Source: a bacterium (lineage in GTDB: Bacteria > UBP7 > UBA6624 > JBBIMK01). From it: a stretch of 32,000 nucleotides of DNA. The stretch spans positions 60,001 through 92,000 of the forward strand of contig JBBIMK010000001.1 of assembly GCA_037444445.1 (NCBI GenBank), read 5' to 3'. This document shows, piece by piece, positions 9,763 to 17,417 of this stretch (its first letter is position 1; each line of letters starts with the position of its first letter). The notes below the pieces were generated by a model. That model had not been told where the DNA came from, did no database searches, and saw nothing but the letters and a program-made list of their open reading frames with translations. The translations under genes were made by a program, and so were the position numbers.

Positions 9763-10273
9763 TTGCCTCCACCTCCTCTGTCCTAATCTCCTCTTCCAGG
9801 GCTTCTATTTCTCGGTCCCACTCTTTAAAACGAGCAGGCAGGCCCAGAGGTCCCAGCGCCTTGACCTTTTCCACCATATCGTTGATGACGGATTTGACCT
9901 TTTCCCCTTCCGAGGCGGAGACCCATTCCAACCGCAGGCGAGCATCCTCAATGCCCATATCCTGGAGCATACGCCTCAGGAGGCGAAATCGGCGCAGGGC
10001 TTTGTAATTGCCCTCAATGTAGTGGCAATCGCCCGGGTGGCATCCACCGATGAGGACGCCATCGGCACCCTTAGCGAACGCATCCAGAACGAACTGGGGG
10101 TCAATTCTGCCGGAGCACATCACACGGATGATGCGCACATTCGGGGCATATTTCATCCGGGAAACCCCCGCCAGGTCCGCCGCCGTATAGGTGCACCAGT
10201 TGCAGAAGAATGCCACAATCCGGGGTTCCCACTCCCTGGAAGTTGCCACAATGTCGTTTGATTCTTTATTCAT
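9755..10273 (-). CDS. mvhD: MvhD-like hydrogenase delta subunit ([2Fe-2S] electron-transfer adaptor to HdrA)
   Basis: 172 aa. Motifs IVAFFCNWCTY, RVMCSGR and GGCHPGDCHY are characteristic of MvhD-domain proteins. AAAGGAGG RBS upstream. Confidence 0.85.
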   Translation of the reverse strand: MNKESNDIVATSREWEPRIVAFFCNWCTYTAADLAGVSRMKYAPNVRIIRVMCSGRIDPQFVLDAFAKGADGVLIGGCHPGDCHYIEGNYKALRRFRLLRRMLQDMGIEDARLRLEWVSASEGEKVKSVINDMVEKVKALGPLGLPARFKEWDREIEALEEEIRTEEVEANV

Positions 10274-10358
10274 GCTTCAACCTCCTTTGTTAGGGGCGTT
10301 TCCCGCTTCCCTGCCTGTTCGTCTCTCCTTCTGTATTCTGCTTTCAGGATTCTGTTTG

Positions 10359-12365
10359 CTACGCATACGCGAGCACTCCTTCTATTTCGCTATAAATTTC
10401 TTCGTCTTCAAAGAGATTTTGTTTGATGGAGCCCGATGGGCAGGCGGCGACACAAACGCCGCACCCTTTGCACAACGCTTCATTGATATAGGCTTTCTTC
10501 TTGTCTTCCAGATACGAGATGGCGGTGTATGGGCAGAGCGGGATGCAGGATTTGCACCCGGAGCAGTCTTCTTCCACGATGTAAGCGGTGTTCGGCTCCA
10601 GTTCCACATAGCCCGTGTCAATGAGAGCGAGAGCCTCTGCTGCGGCGGCGCCCGCCTGCGCCACGGTATCCGGAATGTCCTTGGGTCCCTGGCAGCACCC
10701 AGCGAGAAAGATGCCGTCCGTGAATGTGTTCACGGGCGCAAGTTTCGGATGACGCTCCAGAAAGAATCCTTCCGTAGAGCAGGTGATGTTAAACAGACGA
10801 CGAACTTCCTGGGCATCGGAACGCGGCTCCAATCCAACGGATAGAACCACCATATCCACCGGGATGCGCAGAATTTTCCCAATCAGCGTGTCCTCCGCCT
10901 GGACGATGAGGCGACCATTATTGGGAACCGACGGGTCCGGATATATGTCCGCCACCTTTCCACGAATCAGATGGACCCCTTCCTCGGCGACACGGTTGTA
11001 AAATTCCTCCATACTTTTCCCTGGTGCCCGGATGTCAATGTAGAAGTTGTAAATTTCCGCATCGGTGTGCTCCTTAATCAAGTGAGCCAGCTTCAAGGAG
11101 TACATACAACACACCCGTGAGCACCAGCGATTGGTGTTTTCATCCCGGGAGCCAACGCAGTGCACGATGGCTACCTTCTCCGGCTTCCGTCCGTCCCGCA
11201 GAACCACTTCTCCGCCGGTAGGACCCGCAGAGTTGATGAGGCGTTCCACCTCCAGCGCCGTGAACACATTCGGATAGATGCTGTATCCGTAGTATGGGAT
11301 GCGTCGCGCGTCGAAGGTCTGGAAACCTGTAGCAATGATGATGGTTCCCACTTCAATTTCCCGGATTTCCTCTTTCTGTTCGAAGTCAATGGCATTGCGG
11401 TCATCGCAGACCTCCACGCAGGTCTGTTTGCATTTACCAGACTTGAACTGGATACAGGTCTCCGGGTCAATGACGACGACCTTCGGAACGGCCTGGGGGA
11501 ACGGCATATACACCGGCTTGCGCTTGCCAAGCCCAAGATTAAACTCGTCCGGAAACCGTGCGTCTTTGTAGACACAGGCTTCAATACACTCCAGACAGCC
11601 GACGCACAGGTCTTCGCGGATATAGCGCGGTTTCCGTTTCACGGTTACCTTGAAGTTGCCGACAAATCCGTCCACTGCCATTACTTCCGAGTATGTCCAG
11701 AGCGTGATATTCGGGTGCGCTTTCACCTGGGTCATCTTGGGGGTGAGGATGCAGGCGGCGCAATCCAGAGTCGGGAAGGTCTTGTCAAACATTGCCATGT
11801 GACCGCCGATGGAAGGCTCCCGCTCCACCAGATAAACATGCTTTCCTGCATTGGCGAGTGTGAGGGCAGAGTGAATTCCCGCAATCCCTCCGCCGACAAT
11901 CAGAACATCCGGATTTACAGGAACGCGTTTTCTCTCTAAGGGCTTGTGAAAGAAAACGCGCTGAATTGCAGCCCGGCTCAGGTCCTTCGCTTTTTGGGTC
12001 GCCGCTACCCTGTCCTCGTGCACCCAGGAGTCGTGCTCCCGAATGTTGACCATCTGCATATAGAAAGGATTCAATCCTCCTTTCTCCGCAGCGCTTCGGA
12101 AGGTTTGTTCGTGAAGAAGAGGAGAGCAGGAAGCCACGATGATGCGATTCAGGTTGTGCTCCTGGATGTCCTGTTGAATAAGGGCTTGTCCGGGGTCCGA
12201 GCACATATACCTGTAATCTCTGGACACCACCACCCCGGGCAGGGTAGCGATGTATTGAGCCACCTCTTTTACATCCACCATCCCCGCGATATTCGTCCCG
12301 CAGTGGCAGATGTAGAATCCAATCCGTATCTCGCCGTTCGTTCTCATTGCTTTCACTTCAATCAC
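10359..12365 (-). CDS. hdrA: Heterodisulfide reductase subunit A-like flavoprotein (HdrA)
   Basis: 668 aa. Cys-containing N-terminal domain (FYICHCGTNI). FAD fold VLIVGGGIAGI. Inserted ferredoxin domain (CVGCLECIEAC ... CKQTCVEVC). C-terminal 2x[4Fe-4S] ferredoxin domain (CSGCKSCIPLCP, CKGCGVCVAACP). Confidence 0.9.
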   Translation of the reverse strand: MIEVKAMRTNGEIRIGFYICHCGTNIAGMVDVKEVAQYIATLPGVVVSRDYRYMCSDPGQALIQQDIQEHNLNRIIVASCSPLLHEQTFRSAAEKGGLNPFYMQMVNIREHDSWVHEDRVAATQKAKDLSRAAIQRVFFHKPLERKRVPVNPDVLIVGGGIAGIHSALTLANAGKHVYLVEREPSIGGHMAMFDKTFPTLDCAACILTPKMTQVKAHPNITLWTYSEVMAVDGFVGNFKVTVKRKPRYIREDLCVGCLECIEACVYKDARFPDEFNLGLGKRKPVYMPFPQAVPKVVVIDPETCIQFKSGKCKQTCVEVCDDRNAIDFEQKEEIREIEVGTIIIATGFQTFDARRIPYYGYSIYPNVFTALEVERLINSAGPTGGEVVLRDGRKPEKVAIVHCVGSRDENTNRWCSRVCCMYSLKLAHLIKEHTDAEIYNFYIDIRAPGKSMEEFYNRVAEEGVHLIRGKVADIYPDPSVPNNGRLIVQAEDTLIGKILRIPVDMVVLSVGLEPRSDAQEVRRLFNITCSTEGFFLERHPKLAPVNTFTDGIFLAGCCQGPKDIPDTVAQAGAAAAEALALIDTGYVELEPNTAYIVEEDCSGCKSCIPLCPYTAISYLEDKKKAYINEALCKGCGVCVAACPSGSIKQNLFEDEEIYSEIEGVLAYA

Positions 12366-13566
12366 CTCCCAGCGATTCTGCGAGAAGTTCTACCACATCT
12401 CTGACGACCATCCTGTCGTCGTAACCTGCCAGTTTGAGGGCGTCTTCAAATCGCGAGACTTCGTAGGGGCAGGAGACCGCGAGGACATCCGCCCCCGTCT
12501 GAATCGCTTCCTTCACACGGCGGTCTGAAAGCCGCTCCATCCCTCTGGACTTATAGTAAGTATCCAGCCACATTCCGCCGCCACCCCCACCACAGCAGAG
12601 AGAACTAATGCGATTATGAGTCATTTCTACCAGTTTCACTCCCGGTATGGCCTGAAGAAGGGCTCTGGGCTCTTCGTAAAAGCCGTTGTGTCGCCCAAGA
12701 CAACACGAATCGTGATAGGTAACTTTGTAATTCAGTTTTTTCGTTAACAAAGGCTTCAATGCCTCCAGATGTTTAGCGAAAAAAGTGGTGATGTGCTCCA
12801 GCGGATAATCAAATCCATAGCAGGGGTAGATATATTTGAAAGCATCGTAAGCATGCGCCCCGCTCGTAACAATCTGATGGAACCGGTATTTCCGGAAGAC
12901 GCCCATATTGCGTTCCCGAAGCGTGTCAAAGAGGCCAGTTTCCCCGACAAGGCGGGCACATTCTCCTGCGCAGCGTTCTTCATTTCCCAAAATGGCGAAG
13001 TCCACACCAAGAGCGTGAAAAAGTTTTGCTACAGCCCTGCTATTATCCTGCCCTCTTGGATGGTAAGATGTATAGCATTCCACGAACCAGAGCACATCCA
13101 CAGGCTCAGGATTTTGAGAAAGGATACGGATAGGAACTCCAGCGGTTTTTATCCATTCAGCCCTTTTCGCCGGAGACAAACCCTGCGGGTTTCCATATCG
13201 GAGGGTATTCTGGAGGGCGGTCTGCAATTCCCTCGGCACTTCTGGCAAGTGTTCAAAGACGCGCTCTTTCACCAGGGGAAGGAGAACTTCCGTGAGACGA
13301 ATGCCACGGGGGCATTTTGCCATGCAAGAGTAACAAGCCACACAGTTCAGGAGACTATCAGAGTGAAAGACTTCCTCAATCAAACCGGCTCGGAGCATCG
13401 CAATAATTTTCCGCGGTGGATACTCCATATATTCCCCATACGGGCAGGTTCCTGCACACATACCGCACTGGATGCAGGTCAGCACATTCCTTCCCTCCGG
13501 AATTCCAGTGAGAGTTTCCAGAGTGATGTCGCACACGGAGCGAATCGCTTCGTGAGTCATTACCAT
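12358..13566 (-). CDS. Soluble HdrD-like Fe-S protein (HdrC-type 2x[4Fe-4S] fused to HdrB-type CCG domains)
   Basis: 402 aa with no hydrophobic segment. Contains CIQCGMCAGTCP and CVACYSCMAKCP. CCG-type regions follow: ERCAGEC, YHDSCCLGRHNG, SLCCGGGGGG, AVSCPYE. The stop overlaps the hdrA start by 8 nt. Confidence 0.8.
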   Translation of the reverse strand: MVMTHEAIRSVCDITLETLTGIPEGRNVLTCIQCGMCAGTCPYGEYMEYPPRKIIAMLRAGLIEEVFHSDSLLNCVACYSCMAKCPRGIRLTEVLLPLVKERVFEHLPEVPRELQTALQNTLRYGNPQGLSPAKRAEWIKTAGVPIRILSQNPEPVDVLWFVECYTSYHPRGQDNSRAVAKLFHALGVDFAILGNEERCAGECARLVGETGLFDTLRERNMGVFRKYRFHQIVTSGAHAYDAFKYIYPCYGFDYPLEHITTFFAKHLEALKPLLTKKLNYKVTYHDSCCLGRHNGFYEEPRALLQAIPGVKLVEMTHNRISSLCCGGGGGGMWLDTYYKSRGMERLSDRRVKEAIQTGADVLAVSCPYEVSRFEDALKLAGYDDRMVVRDVVELLAESLGGD

Positions 13567-13571
13567 TCTTT

Positions 13572-15566
13572 TTACACCTCCTTCGGTTCCATTGCTTCCC
13601 AGACGAGTTCCGAGATGTCCTTAATAGCAATTTTCCCTTCGTTTCCTGTAGTTTTCAGCGCATCCCGGAACATCACAATATCCTTGGGGCAGGCAACGAC
13701 AAGGGTATCCACGCCTGGAAGAGAAACTGCCTCCCGGATGCGATTTTCTGCGGGACGCTCCTGGATTCCGGGCGTCTCCTCCATCCAGATGCGACCGCCC
13801 CCTGCACCGCAACAATAACTCCGGTGGCGATTTCGCGGCATCTCTATCAGTTGAACACCCAATGCTTTCAGAACCCTTCTGGGAGGTTCATAGATGCCGT
13901 TATATCTTCCCAGATAACAGGGGTCATGATAGGTAGCCCGATGGTTCAGCCTTTTTTGAACAGGAATCTTTCCTTCCTGTATCAATCGGTGAAGGAATTC
14001 TGTGGAATGAACAACTCTTATTCCATTTTGAGCCAGGGGATATTCATTCTTCAGGGTGTTATAAGTATGAGGGTCAGTAGTGATGATGGTCTGGAACTTT
14101 GCGTTTTTTAAGGTGTGTAAGTTTTTCTCTCTCAACATTTCAAAAAGACCTTCTTCTCCGATTCTTCTTACATCATTGCCCGAGTTTCGCTCTGCTTCAT
14201 AAAGAATACCGAAATCCAGCCCGGTGCGATGGAAAATTCTGGCTGTCATCTGAGTGATTCCTTGTATTCTCGGGTCATACGAAGCATAATCCCCGACGAA
14301 CCAGAGGTATTCCACAGGCTCTTTGCGCGCATCCTTCAGTTTGAAATCCAGGCCCTGGGTCCATTTTGCCCTCACCCTATCCGATTGCCCAAAGGAGTTT
14401 CCATATCTGCTCCATTTCGTCAGGGTATCTTGAAGGCGTTTTTCCACGGTCCCTCGGTTAACGAGGGCTCTCCTCATCTCTACAATCATCCGGGAATGTT
14501 CTACAAAAACCGGGCAGGTGTCTTCGCAGGCGCAACATGTGGTGCAAGCCCATAATTCAGGTGCGGAAATTACTGAGTTATGAATAGGATTTTCTTCCGA
14601 AGGATGATGCAAATGATAATCCAGTTTCAGAACGACATCTCTCGGAGACAGCGGATACCCGCTGGCGTAAGCAGGGCAAACATCCTGGCATCTTCCACAG
14701 GAAATGCAGGCATCCAGTTGCAGTAACTGCCGCCAGGTGAAATCACTGAGCCTTTCCACTCCTGCTGCTTCCCCCGATGCCAGCGCCCCCTTCGGAGAAA
14801 GATTTTGCAAATACACGCTCAGAGCAGAGGAAAAGATGTGAAATGCCTTCGTGAAAGGTATACTTGCAATGAAGATGAAAGCGAGGAGAGCATGAGAAGC
14901 CCAGAAGATAAAATGAAGGGATTTGGTGGCAGGGGGAGAAAGGGAGTGGAATATCCCGGATAGATAAAATCCCCCAGGGCTCCAAACCGCCCAGTGTGAA
15001 CCCTGGACGGCAATTCGCAAACCTTCCAGAGCAAATCCTGTCAGAGCAATGAACAGAAGAATGGCGAGGAAATAAAGCGAATCCAGTGGGAAAGTGGACA
15101 CAATGCCTGCCTGCAAACGCTTTGGGCGGAAGATATATCTCCTGTATAGAGCCATGGCGAGGCCTAAAATAAGAAAAACGCCGAAAATATCCAGCACCAG
15201 TTCATAAAATAGGTAGAAACCGTCCCGAAGGAATTGAAAACCGAGAAATAGACGCGTCACATCCCAATCCACAGTTGCCAGGATGGTTCCCAGAAAGAGA
15301 ACGACCATTCCCCAGAAAATTGTCAAATGCATCACGAAGGCGAAGGGGTCAGCGGAAAGGCGCAGTGGAAAGAGCGCAAAAGGGATAAAGGTCTGAAGCC
15401 GTTTCAGGGTAAAAACGGAAATTGCCTCCTGCCTCCCCAGCCGCCATTTTTTTATATGGCCATATACCCCGTGCGCAAAGATAACCAGGGCAAATGCACC
15501 CAGAACATACTGAAGAATTTCCGCCCAGTGAGGGACATTCCAGAAAGTGGGGCGAACAGGCTCCAT
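13572..15566 (-). CDS. Membrane-anchored Fe-S oxidoreductase: NarI/DsrM/HdrE-like helical domain fused to an HdrD-like module (EtfAB-associated quinone oxidoreductase type)
   Basis: 664 aa. The first ~250 aa hold 5-6 hydrophobic helices with conserved-looking His residues (AHGVYGH, VMHLTIFWG, LHFIFWASH, AFHIF). These are followed by CISCGRCQDVCP, CTTCCACEDTCP, YHDPCYLGRYNG, SYCCGAGGG and VVACPKD. The start abuts the etfA stop (TAAATG). Confidence 0.8.
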   Translation of the reverse strand: MEPVRPTFWNVPHWAEILQYVLGAFALVIFAHGVYGHIKKWRLGRQEAISVFTLKRLQTFIPFALFPLRLSADPFAFVMHLTIFWGMVVLFLGTILATVDWDVTRLFLGFQFLRDGFYLFYELVLDIFGVFLILGLAMALYRRYIFRPKRLQAGIVSTFPLDSLYFLAILLFIALTGFALEGLRIAVQGSHWAVWSPGGFYLSGIFHSLSPPATKSLHFIFWASHALLAFIFIASIPFTKAFHIFSSALSVYLQNLSPKGALASGEAAGVERLSDFTWRQLLQLDACISCGRCQDVCPAYASGYPLSPRDVVLKLDYHLHHPSEENPIHNSVISAPELWACTTCCACEDTCPVFVEHSRMIVEMRRALVNRGTVEKRLQDTLTKWSRYGNSFGQSDRVRAKWTQGLDFKLKDARKEPVEYLWFVGDYASYDPRIQGITQMTARIFHRTGLDFGILYEAERNSGNDVRRIGEEGLFEMLREKNLHTLKNAKFQTIITTDPHTYNTLKNEYPLAQNGIRVVHSTEFLHRLIQEGKIPVQKRLNHRATYHDPCYLGRYNGIYEPPRRVLKALGVQLIEMPRNRHRSYCCGAGGGRIWMEETPGIQERPAENRIREAVSLPGVDTLVVACPKDIVMFRDALKTTGNEGKIAIKDISELVWEAMEPKEV

Positions 15567-16550
15567 TTATCCCGCTCCCTTCCTCTTCCTGGCTTCCTCT
15601 ATCAGGGCGGGAATTACCTCAAAAATGTCCATTGCCGCTCCGTAATGGGCGATGTCAAAAATCGGCGCTTTCGGGTCGGTGTTCACTGCAATAATCAATT
15701 GTGAATTCCTCATCCCTTCTTGATGCTCCGGGGCACCACTGATGCCCAAAGCCAGATAGAGTTTCGGTTTAACCGTCATCCCGGACTTGCCCACCTGCCG
15801 GGTGAGCGGGAGCCAGCCCTGGTCCACCACCGGGCGGGAGGCACACACCGCTCCCCTGAGAATCCCCGCCAGTTCCTCGGCAAGTGAGATGTTCTCCTGA
15901 TTTTGTATCCCACGCCCTACAGCCACAAGAATACCCTGCCTGGTGATGTCCACATCTCCTGCTTCAGGCTCAATAAACTTTCTGAATATTACTTCCGGCT
16001 CTCCGAGAGGAATTTCAAGTCTTTCTACCGAAGCGCTTCCTTCTACTTTTCCAGCATTTGCAGGAAATGAACCAGGCAGGATGCTGATAATCCCCCGGTT
16101 GTTGGGTAAACGAGTATCCGTTAGAATCTTCCCACCGAAAAGCTGGCTGGTAAAAAGGATGGAGGTGTCTGCGAAGGTAATGTTTTTGCAGAAATTTATG
16201 AAGGGGAAAGCAGTAAAGGCTGAGAGTTTAGGACCTATACCCATAGAGAGATTAGTTCCGCCAATGGTTACCAGCGATATTTGTTTTTCCTTCACCACAT
16301 TTTTCAAAATGGATGCCACCACATTCGGGGAAGGCATATCCAGCGCCGGATTTTCCACCAGGAAAATCCGGTCTGCTATTCCGAGGTGGGAAGTAAGATG
16401 AGATACATTCCTGCCCAGCACCACTGGGTAAAGAGGAACCTTCAAAAAATCCGCCATCTTTCTACCGATACCTAACATTTCGTAAGTAATTTCCGTAATT
16501 TCTCCTTTCAGGTGCTCTGTGAGGACGAGAATTCCGCCTTGCATTTTCAT
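15567..16550 (-). CDS. etfA: Electron transfer flavoprotein alpha (large) subunit
   Basis: 327 aa. C-terminal FAD domain motifs PKLYLALGISGAPEHQEGM and IIAVNTDPKAPIFDIAHYG. GGGAGG RBS. Starts 7 nt after etfB. Confidence 0.9.
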   Translation of the reverse strand: MKMQGGILVLTEHLKGEITEITYEMLGIGRKMADFLKVPLYPVVLGRNVSHLTSHLGIADRIFLVENPALDMPSPNVVASILKNVVKEKQISLVTIGGTNLSMGIGPKLSAFTAFPFINFCKNITFADTSILFTSQLFGGKILTDTRLPNNRGIISILPGSFPANAGKVEGSASVERLEIPLGEPEVIFRKFIEPEAGDVDITRQGILVAVGRGIQNQENISLAEELAGILRGAVCASRPVVDQGWLPLTRQVGKSGMTVKPKLYLALGISGAPEHQEGMRNSQLIIAVNTDPKAPIFDIAHYGAAMDIFEVIPALIEEARKRKGAG

Positions 16551-16557
16551 CGCCTCC

Positions 16558-17334
16558 CTAAATCAGTCCTCGTTCTGCCAATATCTCAACTATGCGTTTC
16601 GCAATTTCCTCTGGAGTTCCTGCGAGCATTTCCGCCCTGCCGGCGATTTCTGGCTTATACATTTTCTCCACACTGAGCGATGCAGGAATCTCCGGAAGAG
16701 AAGACTCTACCGTATCAATTTTGACAGATTTCATTATGGAGCGCACTTTCGCCACCGGCACATACCGTGGAGGTTTTTCTGCAGATTGAATTCCGAGAAC
16801 CGCAGGGAGAGACAACTCAAATTCGCCTCGTAAACCTCCCGCAAATTCTTTCATAATGATGACTTTTCCTTCCTCCAGGCGAACACCGCTTACCACGCCC
16901 ACATAAGGAGTTCCCAGGTGATGAGCCAGATAAGGTGCCATTTCTCCCTCTAAATCATCAATTGCCTGGGAGCCGGTAAGCACCAGGGTTTCAGAAAGGT
17001 TTTGCCCGAGCCAGTCCTTGATATAAGTGGAAAAGATTTGAGCGGTAGCCGTTGACCGAAGGCCGGTCCATTCGCCCGAGATTTTCACCGCCCGGTCAGC
17101 GCCCCTTGCCAGAGCGGTGTAAAGAATTTCATCCACCTCTGGAGCCTCCAGGGTAATGGCGGTTACGGTTCCACCACATCTCTCCTTTAACAGAATCGCC
17201 TCTTCCAGGGCGTGTTCGTCCGGCTCACTGACAATCATTCTCAGCCACTGAGTATCCAGCGACCTTCCATCTTCTGCCACCATCAACTCTTCCACGGTAT
17301 CGGGGACCATTTTCAAGATAACAACCCAGTTCAT
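16558..17334 (-). CDS. etfB: Electron transfer flavoprotein beta (small) subunit
   Basis: 258 aa. Typical EtfB layout: ILKMVPD..., SEPDEHALEEAILLKE, RGADRAV, GSQAIDD.... GGAGGGTGG RBS immediately upstream. Confidence 0.9.
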   Translation of the reverse strand: MNWVVILKMVPDTVEELMVAEDGRSLDTQWLRMIVSEPDEHALEEAILLKERCGGTVTAITLEAPEVDEILYTALARGADRAVKISGEWTGLRSTATAQIFSTYIKDWLGQNLSETLVLTGSQAIDDLEGEMAPYLAHHLGTPYVGVVSGVRLEEGKVIIMKEFAGGLRGEFELSLPAVLGIQSAEKPPRYVPVAKVRSIMKSVKIDTVESSLPEIPASLSVEKMYKPEIAGRAEMLAGTPEEIAKRIVEILAERGLI

Positions 17335-17352
17335 TCCACCCTCCGAATTTTT

Positions 17353-17369
17353 TTGAAGTTAGAATTCAA
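17353..17369. promoter_or_regulatory. Inverted repeat TTGAA-N7-TTCAA between the regulator gene and etfB
   Basis: The plus strand reads ttgaagttagaattcaa, with 5-bp arms, inside the 83-nt spacer upstream of the etfB RBS. The function is unknown: operator, small hairpin or chance. Confidence 0.15.
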
Positions 17370-17417
17370 TTTCATTGCCTTCTTCCCATTCAGTATTCAT
17401 CCTACCTTAAATACAAA

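Noticed and set aside
11160-12204. Several 90-260-aa alternative-frame ORFs inside hdrA: 11160-11939 (+), 11171-11584 (-) and 11785-12204 (-).
   Set aside because: They are out-of-frame or antisense readings of a GC-rich stretch. Their products are R/S/P-rich. The HdrA frame carries all the expected FAD and Fe-S motifs.
7244-12365. Possible selenocysteine (in-frame TGA) recoding in the hydrogenase large subunit, MvhD or HdrA, as in Vhu/Hdr of some methanogens.
   Set aside because: All three ORFs are uninterrupted, and the relevant positions are ordinary Cys codons (DPCHACATH and so on). There is no split ORF pair that would suggest read-through.
9755-13566. The mvhD-hdrA-hdrCB stretch looks more GC-rich than the right half of the window, which might hint at horizontal acquisition. 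Individual 60-nt lines I hand-counted gave roughly 53-70% against 40-50%.
   Set aside because: This rests on a few hand-counted lines only. The enrichment can be explained by Cys/Gly/Ala/Arg-rich Fe-S proteins. It needs a sliding-window GC and codon-usage computation before any claim can be made.
12769-13818. 349-aa plus-strand ORF antisense to the soluble HdrD-like gene and the 3' end of the membrane oxidoreductase gene.
   Set aside because: It spans a gene junction on the opposite strand, where both genes are strongly supported. The product is S/R/F-rich with no motifs. Shadow ORF.
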